The position numbers and the translations under genes are program-made. From assembly GCF_964355755.1 (NCBI RefSeq), contig NC_092677.1:8268101-8332100 (forward strand): a DNA stretch of 64,000 bases. Direction: 5' to 3'. Position 1 is the first letter of the stretch; each line of letters opens with the position of its first letter. This DNA is from Antedon mediterranea (lineage: Eukaryota > Animalia > Echinodermata). The notes below the pieces were generated by a model. That model did no database searches, was not told the DNA's origin, and worked only from the letters and a program-made list of their open reading frames with translations. Shown here one piece after another: positions 1-12,915 of this stretch.

Positions 1-354
1 TTTGTTTCACAAACTTTTTAGAATACAAATTTATTTTTAATACTAGTATTAATAAGATGTACAGTAATGTATTTGTAGAACTTCTGTCTCAATGTAACAT
101 CACTATAGATTGTTAATTCAAGTATTTCTTTTTTCCCAAAGTAAAAGCTAATTTTAATGTAATATCTTATTGTAGTTTTTGTTGTTATTAGGACTGAAGA
201 CAAAATAAAGAGTTTCAAATTGTATTATGATGAATTATGTTTCATTTTAAGGCTGTCCACTTAGCATAAGTCTAGAGCAAGCACCAGATCATGATAAACA
301 TTGGCCGGATTTTAATGTCGTTCTACAACCTAATACGGTAGTAAAATAATATAA

Positions 355-476
355 CAGGCGCAGATCCAGGGAGTATCGCTTCGCCATAACCCGTTAATAT
401 GAACTACTTTTGACCATCTACTGAATTTATATTATGTCTGTGCTCCTCCGTTTAAAAATTCTTGGATCTGCATCTG
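355..476. mobile_element. Small non-autonomous DNA transposon (hAT-like MITE)
   Basis: Imperfect TIRs CAGGCGCAGATCCAGG / CTTGGATCTGCATCTG; TSD not clean. Related-looking ends at about 36467 and 51910-52040. Confidence 0.55.
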
Positions 477-1173
477 AATGATAATATTTATGTATGCTTT
501 ACAGTACACACAACAAAGAAAGAATATATGAAATATTCTAAAACTAACCACTGCAGAATGATGAGTAGTACAGTGATGCAGAGGAACCAGTTTCACTACT
601 CTGTAGCTCCTAAGAAAAAGGTGTTCAGAATATTCCATTCAGCAGCCTAATGATGTCCTGTTCAGACAATACAATGAATATACTGAAACCTTTATTGATG
701 TGGTACATTTCATTTTGAAATGGATTTAAACTGGACTGACTGAGTGTGTAACAAACCTTGTGTGTATAATTACTATACAAGTATTTATTATTTTGAATAA
801 ACTAAAAAGGATTCATTTACATCTATTCTCAGAAAATAAAAGCTTCTTTAGACAACAAACTATGTCTATAGTATATAATTTAGTAATACATAATTATATT
901 AAAGCAGTATTAATATTTACAAATTACTATTTTAAATTGTTGACAAAAACTCAAGCTCATGTAACACTTTAAATAGACATCGCTTTCCTATATAGACCTT
1001 GTATTGACGATGGAATCAGGGGAGAAGGAAACCTTGTTAATATAGTACAAATAAATACAAGATTCTGTAGATAGTATACATGTACTAGTCCATTTTTTCA
1101 GATTCAGTTTAAAATACACTCCTCCTTCATTCATATTCTCCATTGACAGACATCTGGGTGTGGATGATAAATT

Positions 1174-3023
1174 TCAATCTTGAACCATCATACCAGATAC
1201 TTCTGTGTCAAATGTTCTGTTAAAAAAAACCACTGCATGTTAATTCAGTAACAGCAGCAAACTCAAAAAGAATATTTTTAAATTTATTAGTTTGTCAAAT
1301 AAATCAACCTCTATAATTGTTTATCATTACTATTTCTACAACAATGGACTTCTTACTTGGGACTACCCCTATTCAGGGGACACACCTATTATGGAGGCAT
1401 TTCCTGTGCAACAAACAAGGGAAATATATGTTTTTGCTCTACAACAACCCCTTTTCAGAATGGACACCCCTTTTAAAGGAAATTCCTATTCAGAAGGGTC
1501 ACCTCTATTAAGGGGACACTCTGTTAGGTCTGGTGTCTCCTTAATTATATACAGTACAAGAGTATTATTCTATTATCATCATGAATTTAATAGAGGAACT
1601 TACTTTGATGTTATGTTCTCCCCTGGTGTATAGAATGGATTGCACAGCATGTCAACATAGGCATTATGGAGTTTACGGAATTTCTAAAATGATAATATAA
1701 TTTCTTCATTAACAAACATCCATTCCAAGTAATTTATTGGTCACACTCAGGGATGTACTTCCAAGAAATAATGGAAAGGAGGAAGGCAGGAAGTCTACTC
1801 TTCTTGCATTACAGTTTTTACCAAGACACATTTTGGCAAACATGTCAAGACATAACTATACTTGAGTTGGTGGCTTACATAAAAAAAATGATTTACTGCA
1901 ACCCTACTGTATTTCTGCAGTATAGCAATAAATAAAATTTATATAGCACACCTATATCCACTATCTAATATAAAAGCATGCCTGTAGTTGTGTGTTAATG
2001 AATAAATGATATACCTGTTGGGTAACTATATAAAGTTACATTGAAACTTACACTTCTTATTTCATTATCGCGTAACTGCGTATTTGAAGATTCTACAACG
2101 ATCACAAATTTGACCTTGGTGTTCGTGACATAACCATATACTTTGTAGTCTTCTGTTGGGTACAGAAGTCCTAGATACAGCTCTCTTAGTTCATTGGCTG
2201 TTTTACCAACGGTAAGAATTTTCTCTTCAATTACATCTAAGCATGTGTGTACAGTATAATAAAATTTCAATTCATTTTCTGTTGGTATTGTTCGAATATA
2301 GAGTGGATAATTCTGGAAGTAAAATAATGAGATTTTATATAGTAATTTGTAGTATAGTATAGAGGCCTAGGTCTTTCGGTTAAAAGTAAAGTTCCGCTGC
2401 GGATGGCATACATAATAATTGTGACTTGTTCCACTCATTCAATTGTGACTTACACTTTCACAGACGGACCATAATAATAATAATTAATAATAGGCTAATA
2501 ATAATATAAAATTGCGTGAATTTGTATTTGACTATTATTACTACCTAGCTAGGCCTGTTTATTAATTACTAGCTACTACTAGGCCTATTTATAATTAAAA
2601 GTATATAGATAATATAGGCCTAGCTAGGCCTACATAATTCTTTTTTGTGTCTAGAATCTAGCTAGCCTATTCTACCTATTATTAGGCTAGGCTTGAGATA
2701 TATTTGACATCTGTCTCATCTTCCGGTCCCCGGCCGGGTGAAGCTTAACTTCCAACCAGTCAAAGCTATACGCGAAAGGGCCTACTTTGAGGCTAGCCTA
2801 GTCTAGAGAGCCTACCTAGCCCTCTACGCAGACTAGGCCTAGCCTAGTAGCTAGGCTCTACCGTCCGATACTACTAGCTAGGCTCAGTCATGCCTTGGCC
2901 TATAGTAGCAGGCTTCATGTTAGCTATAAAGACCTACTCATAATGACAATATTAAATAACTAATATAGATAAATGAGTGGATTTTGGAACCTCTTTTGCG
3001 ATGACTGCGACACAAACGGCCAT
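1174..3023 (-). CDS. TRAPPC2L: Trafficking protein particle complex subunit 2-like (sedlin family), 138 aa, 4 coding exons
   Basis: Exons 3023-2991, 2312-2052, 1683-1604, 1216-1174, all GT-AG, total 417 nt in frame: [11 protein letters not shown]|[31 protein letters not shown]...[45 protein letters not shown]|[27 protein letters not shown]|[13 protein letters not shown]. Closely matches vertebrate TRAPPC2L as I recall it. Confidence 0.96.
1300..1555. mobile_element. Degenerate Tigger/pogo-like MITE family (CCTCTATTAAGGGGACAC / GTGTCCCCTTAATAG motifs)
   Basis: Same motif set recurs at about 9160-9243, 23190-23400, 25090-25295, 54550-55050 and 59415-59490. Confidence 0.55.
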
Positions 3024-3078
3024 TTTGTTTGTTTCATGCTTCAGTAACTTAATCACTCAAGCATGACACATATCTCTA

Positions 3079-4337
3079 CGGAGCGCCATTTATGCCTTTG
3101 TTTACTTCAGAAATAGAAATAGTACTACGGAAACTGGTCCATGATCCAGTGGATCAAATTTGGCACCGGTGGAGCACAGTGATATAGAATAGAAAATATA
3201 GAACTTAGTTAGGCATATACAGTACGAAGTCGAGTTTTAAAGTAGAAAACCCTACCTAAAATTTTGAAGTCGCATCTGGATAGTTGAAATTTTAACATTA
3301 TCATAATTATCATAGATAATTAATTATTTATAAAAGTATAAGTGCAATGGGGCTTTCATTTCATTATTAGCCTGCCCAAACGGTGGGCTGGTAGGCAAAC
3401 AATATTATGTTTAACAATAATAATATAGGTGCACTTTCCGGGGACAAGCTTTATTGTTCTGGTGTGAGTCTTATATAATTTTTTTCTTATAATTTTAAAA
3501 CATGCCATTTTTTTCTATAGATGCAGCTATATTTTTCAAAATTGTCTTTGCTCAGCCCCAAGCATATATACCGTGCGTTGTAATGCAAATGACTTTGTTC
3601 AGGTGTATTATGGGGAAGATGGTATGTTCATTCACGCTATCAGTTCAACACGCCACACACTGTTAAATGTTGATGTTATTAATCTTTACATTAGAAGATT
3701 GTTCGAATCATGTAAATAAAAGATTTTCCGGACGGGAACCTAGAAGCTTCCCTTTTATTTTCAAAAGTAATCCCAAAAGAACTCCCATGTGGAAAAGAAG
3801 AGTACCACCCAAGAGTACTAAAAATGAAGGAGCACATGGGTTTCTTTTCGAGGTTTTTATTTATGGCAGTCTATTTAATGGAAACTAATGCAATGCAACT
3901 TTGTTTCTGATTTTTAAAAAGGTCAATTTGTTTAGGCCTGACATTTACAACCCCCAAAATATCTCTCCTTCATAATGTAACACGATTGTTTGGCTACTCT
4001 GTATGCATAATCATAAAACTTCCCCGCGATCTTTGTGAAAACACCTTCTCAACCGTGGCGAGTTGTACTAGTCCTAATTAACACCATGCACATACTCGTG
4101 TAGTGGTTTGAAATCTAAATGTGTTTACTTTCTCTCGCAACGATTTTCCAGACGAAATGTAATCAAATTAATTTACCTGTTAATTACTTAAACTTGTTGT
4201 TTTGGCTGAAATTGTTGACTTAAAGTGAATAACTTTAATATGGCCAATTTAAATTTATAATATTTTGACTTTCATTTTTTGTTAATCAATTATTAATTTT
4301 TATTATTTAAGTTAATAAAGGCATAAATGGCGCTCCG
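3079..4337. mobile_element. 1.26 kb TIR DNA transposon, non-autonomous or decayed, flanked by TA
   Basis: Perfect 21-bp TIR CGGAGCGCCATTTATGCCTTT (3079-3099) with its reverse complement at 4317-4337; TA on both sides (3077-3078, 4338-4339). Confidence 0.85.
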
Positions 4338-4499
4338 TATGAAATCACAGAATGACGCGCTCTGAATGTACCTTGATCTTCTTCCGCGCCGCGTAGATTC
4401 AATCCAGAGCATGGGTGTTGGATGGCCTAGCCTAGCTAGCTTATTGGCCTAGGCCTAGAATCCACGTCTTTTATCAAAAAGTACTATTAAAACTTCGAT

Positions 4500-7400
4500 A
4501 TGGAACCCCAAATTATTCCAAGAGTTCCAACTCCTGTCCCAATATTATGGTTTGAGTTTTTGTTGAATCAAAATCAACTGGAAACTCATTTATCTGATCC
4601 TGATGCAGGTGAGTTTGGTGAGAGGCTGATCGCTGGTGGCCTCCGAGGATAGGTCAATTACATTCGATTTGGGGCGCACTTTCATAAAGTTCGGTCGCGA
4701 GGTATGGAATTCCATATAGTTCATCAATGTACACACAATAAAAATGTACATTTGTCATATTTAATTGGGAACTTTCGTTGTCAACATAAAGATTCGTTTA
4801 GTAATTTTTGTATTCGAATCGTAAATTGTAAATGAATTATTGTGCTCAACAGATATTAAATAATCATTCATGTGGGACGTACACTGATATTTACAGTATA
4901 TTATGTACAGTACTGATCCAAGATTGTTTGTCAACAAATACTGAATAACAATAAAAAAATTATTTTCTGCCAATTTTCAGATCCGAGCGCATCCCAACTT
5001 TTGATGCAATTTGTAGACCAATCAATAAAAGCGCAGGGCAACTTAGAAACGTCTGTACAAGTTAAGAAAGTGAGGGATCTAAAGATACTTGCTTTAAAAG
5101 TTGCAGCTCATATGAAATGGAATCTGGGCATTATTCAAGAAAGGTATAGTACCAGTTGAAGTCTTTCCTTTTCATTAATTTAAATTATTGCCACTTCTGT
5201 CTATTTTAATTTTATGTACAGTGCATATTACAGGGCATGCTTTAAGCAAGCCCTGTAATATGCAGCTTATTATAAGAATGAACTATTAATATAATCATCT
5301 CAATGTGTAGGCCCTATTCTCCATGTGGAGAGAAGGAATGAATGCAATAATAATGATAGCAGAAAAAGATGTTTCATCAATGCAAACTAATTTCTTCCCA
5401 TTTTTTCATTTCATCAGCCTGTTTTCATCCATTGGTGGCCTATGCCCTCCTCCCTCCAGCAATTTCTATTTTTTTCTGTCGTATGCCTTTCTCGTCCAGG
5501 TTTCCCGTGTTTGTGTATTTGGTGATTTGATCTCTCCGTCTTCACTTTTGTCTCCCTCTCCTCCTATTAGAATTGGTTGGCATTCTGTGAGTTCTTGTTA
5601 TGATGTGACCTCCCCATCTCCATTTAATTTCTTTGATTTTTTTATATAATTTCCTTGATGCTCTTGCACAGTTTAATTATAAAATTTTTCTATTATTTTG
5701 CATTTCATTGAAACAGTTTGCCTTTATATATGGTGCACAAACTACTCAAAGATTTTATGGAGTTGGTGTCGAACCCAGAATTAAAGGAACAGGTGATGAC
5801 CACTAGTGATCGTCTAGATGACCATATTTTAATGGCATTTATGCTTTTCAACAGATGGTAAGCAAGATAAAGTTATGGTTTTTCATCAGAAGGCTAATTT
5901 ATTTGTGTTTTTAGGTTGTTGAAATAAATCAATTTGTAATAAAAATTAATTGATGCCCATTCACCCCATCCTATGGTTATGTTTGTTTAATTGTAGGTCA
6001 GTAAGAGTAATCATTGAAAACAGCTATCCCACAAAACCACCAAAGATTACCGGACCACAGGCCCCAAATGGGTAAGTTTTCTTCATTCTACCATTTTTAC
6101 ATTCTCCCTTCAAACTACGGTTAATGGTTTTATGTTTCAAAGCACAGTAGACTAGTAGCACAGACATCAACTTTTACCTCCTTTAAATGTAGTGTCATTC
6201 AGCTTCCATCATGCCACTGAGATGGACCTGAACACTAGAGGTCAAACAAATCATACAATGTAATCCAGTATATTTTTTCCACAGAAACGCTGCATTGAAC
6301 GTTGCTGGTATTAATGATATGGTAATAAAAACTGTAAGTAATTACTGAACTTAAAAAAAATACACTGTGAAATACAATTAAAACAAAGCGTATGTAAATT
6401 CTTATGTAATAAATGTATATTTTATTGTGATAAATTATAGAATTTATTGAAGTTCATAGAATTAGAAATAACTTGTGTTTGTTTTAGGTACGAGATATGA
6501 CAAATGAAAGTATACAGTTTATGGAAAACAGTCTTTCAATGGCGCGAGACATCACCATTCCAACCATTGAGACAATTCACAAGTTGTCATACGAGTTCCC
6601 TGCCTTCCTTGAAATGTCTCTATCAGACCATTGTCATATTTCAAATGCAGAGTTTATTCAACAATTGTGTTTTGACCTTGGAAGTTACTACTTTCACTGT
6701 GGGCAGATTGAGAAGACGGCAGGCATGTTGAAGAAAGCGCTAGATATCAACTCTCAGGTATGTTGGTACAGCCATGATACTTGTGGGAAAGATAGTAGTG
6801 AAGCAAACTGAGTAGCTAGCTTGTTGTTTACTTTGCTCCCAGGCCAAAAGCTGCTTCGTAGTACAGTCAACTCTCCCAATACTGTAATCTCTGAACCCAA
6901 AATTTTTTTCAGGACCGAAGGATCCCAAATCCATTAAAAACACATTCAGAATACCAAACTTTCTAAAAACTTGACAGATTTGGCCAGCCCAAAAGTGTTT
7001 GGGAGAGTTGACTGTATTTGAAATAATTATCATTCTGTTGGTGCAGTATCCCAGGGATTCCTTGAGTTTGAATCAAACCTTAGACGTCAGTCCAGGCTCA
7101 GCAGCCACTTTACAAAATTTGATGGGCAACTTATTATATCTGAATCTGCTTGCCTATCTTATGATAACCAGTAAATTTATAGAGTAAATGCACTAAATTT
7201 CCACTGTATTTATTGAAGTTAGCGAATTTAATACTCTGACATATTATCTTTTAAAGGTCCAGGATCCTGTCTACTGTGATATAAACAAGCAGAAATTAAA
7301 GGGCCTTTGTGCAGCATGCAACCTAGACTTCATGCCCCAGGGTTCACAGCCCAGTCTGGAACAAAGACTAGCAAGTAGTCTAAAAGAAGAATACAAAGTA

Positions 7401-10400
7401 AGTTGATACTCATTGAATGATTGATCATTTTTAATTTTAAACATCTTTCAACTCATTTTACTTATGCTTTACATACTTTCAGGCACACTCAAAATTAGTT
7501 TTTCTTTCCATTTTAGGGCTTAATTGATTTACTAATTGAAGATAATATTTTAAAGGAGGTAACACTTCAATATCGACAGTTAATTCAGCATGATGTCCAT
7601 TCTAAACAGCCAACTAGCGATCTTTACTTGCAAGTGTGTACATGTAATGCTGTCCGACAAATCATGGATGGAGTACCACTCAATCCAAAGTACATACAAA
7701 TGCTCAAGACAGCGAGCAAAGAAAATATAACTTTTTTTACTATGGTAATGAATAAAGATGTATTGTTAAAAAATAACAAATATTTGATATTAGGTTGATT
7801 TTGAACTGATGGACTAGAAGGTAGAAATAACTGGGTTTTTATTACAATTAATTATAAATACTGTAATACTAAATGTTATAGAAAATATGGCACAACTGAT
7901 GTGTAATTTTTGCTGTACAGTACATTTGTTTGTAAATTCCAGGTTTGTTGGAAAACTGTCCAAAATTCAGATGATAGACTGAAAGAAAAAATAAAACTAT
8001 TTATAAGGTATAATTGTTGTTTCACCCGTCTTATTGTTGGCCTGTATAACATAAGATCAGTATTGAAATTGACACGGACATTTCACTCCACTTGTGCTTG
8101 TTCCGAGCTAGTTTTATAGCCCTTAACTAGAATAGTCCAAGATAGGTAAGACTCTTCTTATACTAGCCCCAATTTGCTTAAACCAAACAACAGTGTATCT
8201 CCATATATCTTTGGTTTTGGTAGCATAATTACTGGAATGGCAATTTTCATGATTTTTTTTTTTTTTTATGTTTTGGTTCATATTTACTATATTTTGTGTG
8301 GTATTAGTGTACAGTATTAGATTAGATTACTTTATCCATTTGTGTGTTTTTCTATAAGAACAATATCAAGTAGCTCTGATGTTTTAAGAGCAATTGGTTC
8401 AAGTGAACTCAAACAACTTTTTACTAAAGATGAATTTACGGAGCTTATTTTTCAAGTGGACAACCAATCACGACCTGCCTTCTCAGTTAGATCTAATACT
8501 GTACTCCAACAAAAAGGTGAGAGCTTTTCCCCTACATCAGAGTTATTGGTGGTAAGCCTCAAAACTTGAGATGCTTGTCTGGTGTGATCAGAAGTTTATT
8601 TGCTGGCATTTGTAAACTTAGCAAAACTATAATAATTACATTTGTCTTTTCAGCAAACAAAGCCTTATACATTGGTCAAATTGAACAACAACTCTTAACA
8701 ACCAATCAGCACCAACGAATACAAACATTACTGACAGAATTACATCGTGTAGCGCCAAACAAGCGCCACTCAGGTTTATCAGAATTGGTAAGTTGATAAA
8801 TAAGGTTCTTATTGCATTCACAAGTTTAATTAAAGATGTGGAAAGTGTCATTTTTCACAATTAATTCTTCGAACAGTTCAGTAGGATCAGTAATGATTTC
8901 AGTAGTATGTTAAACACCAGTAGTTGATGAGTTCTTTGTGTGTACTTGACAGTTTCAATGTATTCTCCACATTTTTCTATGGACCAAATACTGTACTATG
9001 TTATTTAAATATATTGTTTTGCTTTCAGTGGAAGATCGACAAGAGTTACTCTTTTATAATAGATGGTATGGGCAACAAGAAGTTACAAGATGTGGTGTTT
9101 CTGATGTTGGTGAAATCCAGACATTGTCTTCAAATAAAGGTTTCTATATATTATTCCGAGTACACTGAAACCTTCATTAAGCCGAAATTCAGGACCCACC
9201 AAAGTGTCTCCTTAATAAGAATGTCCTCTGTGTAGTTGACTGTAGTGTTGAAAAATGTTGTTACCCTCGGTCGTTTAGTTTTACCCCTCAAAGGTGGTGT
9301 ATCTGCTGTAATAGAAATGTTGATTTTGTTTTTGTTACTTTTGTCTTTTGGACGTGAATAAATGTTCCTTGAATTGAATTGAATTGATTGCAGGCAGGTG
9401 TTCCTGCCATTTCTTAGTATAGTATAAGATATTTGGAGATTTCCTTCTGGCTGGCTCTGTATTCTTCTGTTGTCTTGTGGACCCATACTAAAGATGATGG
9501 CCTAACCTGCATTGTAATTACATAGCATAATCACAAATATTAATTTGCAGGATTTTAAGACAGCAAGATCACTATTAACCACCGCTTTTGATGCCGTCAA
9601 GGACACATCTTTGAAGCTAGGCAAGGCTATCCAACATGAGATACTACATGTGGATATATGTTCTTTAAAGCTAGGCCAACAGACTGCTGCAGAGAAGAAT
9701 AATATGACTCACAGAGCAATGGGCTGCCTTGGTACAATACAAAGTGGTAAATATACTATGCATTTATACTTTAGGAAGTGGCACTGTAGCTTGGTAGCAT
9801 TGTTTTCCAATCCCAAGGTCTTTGGTTCAAATCCTGTCTTAGGATTTTCTGATGACCAGTATATCATACATTATAATCAAAGTTATCAAAATGATAAACT
9901 TATTGAAATTATTTTACAAATATTGCTACTAGATCGTGACATCCCACCAAGGCCTGAGATAGTGGAGCGATGCTTACTATATCTTTTAAACTATGGGATG
10001 TGGTTTACAGTATTGAATGTTAAACAGAGACCACCAGTAGTCCAGGTAAATACATGCAAAATTATTTGTTAATTTAAATGAAATGACTGCTTTCATATTA
10101 GCTATTTTTAATACCCTATTTCTCCATGGAATAACCAACAAAAAAAATGACCCACCTTTTCATTTACTACTTTTTTCAGGTTGGTCAAATGTTATCAGAA
10201 ATCTGTAAAGACATCTCCAACATCAACAGCTGTAGGCGACAAGCTAAAGCCCTGTGGGATTCATTTGTTCAAATATTTAGCAGCTCAAACCAGTTAAAGA
10301 GAAGTGCAAATGGAAAACCAGCTAACAAGGCAGGGCAAGCTTTAATGAACAGGTATATTAAAATCTTGGTTTTTTTAAATATTTTATACGCAACAGCGAG

Positions 10401-12915
10401 CAACTCACCAATTACAGGATGGATAATACTTCATAATTTATAAATTCAGTCTCATTTGAGGAAGTTGAAAGAGTAGTGAATTATACAACCCTAGGTTAGG
10501 ATTGAACCCTGGACCTTGGGATTGGAAGGCAAGCACATTAACCACCAAGCTTCATCTCCACTATTGTTGCAACATGTATTCAAACTGTTGAAGTCATTTT
10601 ATAAATCCTGAAAATTCTTTTGCCAATTACATTTTTAATTTTTAGAATGGAGTTCTTAAGTTTCATACAATTGATTGAAGAACCAACGGTTATGAGTGTA
10701 ATAGCATCTTGTCTTATCAAACTCCATAATGTCTTGAAAGATGATGCTGGAAATGAAGTCTACCACCAATATCCTAATCTATGGCCAACAACCATTACAA
10801 AGTAAGTACAATTAATACTGAACACCTTTGGATTGACTTATGTCGGGTTTTTCAGAAAATATGGTATTCTTAAAGTGTTTTTAATGGTTAAAAAGAATTT
10901 GGGAGCTTTTGGACCTCAACAAAATTCTGGTTTTGAGAGATTCAGCAGTTTTTTATTCATTATACAATTGACATAGGAGCTATATAGGCATCAGTCAGCA
11001 GAAGAGTGTGGTCATAATTTTTTACAAAATTCTTGGTTTTGTCTTTTTTGCAGTGTCAGTTCGGTTGTTACTGATGCTGTTACATCAGGCATGACTCAGT
11101 ATGTCCAGCACATTATTCAACACAACCCACACCAATCTTCATGGTTGAAATCACAGGCTGACATTCATTATGGTAAGTATTGATAATCCTAGTATAAAGC
11201 ACAGTTCTCCAAAAGAACTCTGCCCAAATGGCTTTCAAACTGTGTAATGAAAGTAAAACCCTTTTCCCTCTTTCTTAAATTGATTATTGTAATGTGTAGC
11301 GTTTACATTCACAGGTGACAGCCAACATGCAGCAGCAATCAAATTCTACTTACAGTCTGCTATGTTGCCTAGCAACTTCTTCACTTCACCAGTTCCAAAA
11401 CAATTGTGGGATGATGCAGTTTACCGACGCATCATCAAATGCTGCTCTTATTTAAAGTGCCACACTCAGGTGGCTGTGTTCTGTCAGTTCCTGGAGCCTG
11501 TAGATCATCCAACAGCTTTTAAAGCTTTACAGGAGAGAATATGGTAAGGAAGGGAGGTTGTGGTTCAATCTGATATTAGGGAGCTTTCGATTTGTAAGGA
11601 CTGACGATCACCAAACTTGTGAGCATGCAGGAATATGTACTTGCTTTTGTACTTGTTTGTTTCTACATCCAGATGATGACCGGCGTCACATCATTTAACC
11701 TGACCTAGGTTGGTCGTCGATCCTCAGTAGTTGCAAATCGAAAGTTCCCTAGTATCTCAACTCTGGTTTATTCCCATAATTATGTTGTAGTCCAGAATTC
11801 CTTCAGAATTCAAGATGTATGGAGAATTATTTAAGCTGTAATAATTTTGTTCTGTTTAGTATAAGTTCCACAAGAATTGAATATAGTAGCATCACTTCTA
11901 ATTGTAATACAATAATTATTATTTTAAAGTTTTGATAAATCATTGATTCGATATGATCTTTGAATATTTTTCATTGTTGTTTTTGTGATTATTATTATTT
12001 TACAATATCTTTTTTCAGTTATGATGCTATGGATTGTCTGTATCACTGCTTTTGGGACATGGGCATTCTGGAATATTTAATCTGTATCCTTATTATGGTA
12101 ATTTGTATCTGTGGTAATCCTACCTCACACGATTGCTTCAGAGCACTATTTTAAGACCTTTTAAGCTCTACAGCTTACTATGCTGGTCGGTCGGTAAACA
12201 CTAACTTGAGCACGCGACTGCAGCCATGTATATGGCCTTGTTTTTTATTGTTTTTCTTCACACAGAAAATAGAACACAATTTAAATATTACACTTTAAAA
12301 AAAAAGTGCAGAAGAACTCCAAAATAAGCAAACTTTAGTTCATGGTGGTTTAAGATGCTCATCAACCGATCCCATCTGGGGTTTAAATCCTTTCAGATGC
12401 TATCATTTTTGCTTACAAAAAAAAGAAAAACTCCACTCCCAAACACTTATAGTGATTATTTAATTTCTTTCATTATTAGCAGCTCTTTGCACTGTACTTA
12501 CAGAAATAAAACATTAGAGGTAAGCGATTCACATTGCATTGAATTAGTGTTCTACAGAAATGTTTATTTTTTTTTCAAGATTTTTATATATGGTAGGCCT
12601 ATATTCTTTCTTAATAGTTTTAATACAGATATCCTAAACAAACGAAACGAGTTGGTGAAAAAGCGGAAAGCGGTAGGTTTTTTATATTTACTTTACTTTG
12701 ACGTTGAGCTTTCATTTTCTTTATATTACATATTGCTTATAACTATTAACCTGGTTTAAATCAAAAACATAACTTGTAGCATCCATTTTTTGTTTCAGGT
12801 TGATGTTATTGGACAAGTTGAATTAAACAGCTGTAACTCAACAGAGATATTTAGTGAAGTGATAAAGAAAAGAAAAACAATGATGCTACAATCAATGGCA
12901 AAACAGTATTTATAA
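4500..12915 (+). CDS. INTS8: Integrator complex subunit 8, about 951 aa, 21 coding exons
   Basis: Exons 4500-4608, 4981-5143, 5717-5857, 5997-6071, 6285-6333, 6488-6757, 7257-7397, 7517-7744, 7943-8007, 8359-8516, 8654-8787, 9029-9139, 9551-9746, 9933-10045, 10180-10352, 10646-10801, 11054-11172, 11315-11543, 12019-12083, 12629-12672, 12799-12915 (sum 2856 nt, divisible by 3). N-terminal LWFEFLL (INTS8 WFEF PP2A-recruiting motif) and LKILALKVAAHMKWNL; C-terminal IKCCSYLKCHTQVAVFCQFLEPVDHPTAFKAL, DAMDCLYHCFWDMGILEYL, GQVELNSCNS...LQSMAKQYL*. Confidence 0.93.
6864..7014. mobile_element. Tc1/mariner-pogo (Tigger-like) MITE
   Basis: TA|CAGTCAACTCTCCCAA ... TTGGGAGAGTTGACTG|TA; partial relatives at about 24365-24500 and 10820-10950. 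Confidence 0.8.
10385..10563 (-). mobile_element. tRNA-derived SINE
   Basis: Minus strand reads TAGTGGAGATGAAGCTTGGTGGTTAA...GGTTCAATCC (A and B boxes) followed by a non-tRNA body; second copy at about 40215-40404 (-), head-only copy at about 9775-9850 (+). Confidence 0.75.
11578..11750. mobile_element. MITE with about 17-bp TIRs
   Basis: AGGGAGCTTTCGATTTG ... CAAATCGAAAGTTCCCT; possible partial relative near 58905-58945. Confidence 0.75.
12084..12628 (+). other. U12-type (minor spliceosome) GT-AG intron in INTS8
   Basis: 5' site GTATCCTT; branch-like TTTCTTAAT at 12607-12615, about 13 nt before CAG, with no polypyrimidine tract; splicing restores ILEYLI-Y-ILNKRNE in frame. Confidence 0.85.

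Noticed and set aside
648-690. ATGATG...CTGA, like a C/D-box snoRNA
   Set aside because: Only about 40 nt, no terminal stem, and not in an identified intron.
5323-5649. 108-aa hydrophobic ORF
   Set aside because: Pyrimidine-rich low-complexity intron sequence with no recognisable domain.
10500-10563. tRNA-like A/B boxes (also near 9775, 40340, 55475, 57800 and 63930)
   Set aside because: No complete cloverleaf; the longer copies run into a non-tRNA body, so these are SINE heads rather than tRNA genes.
12355-12759. 134-aa ORF
   Set aside because: Mostly U12-intron sequence; only 12629-12672 is an INTS8 exon.
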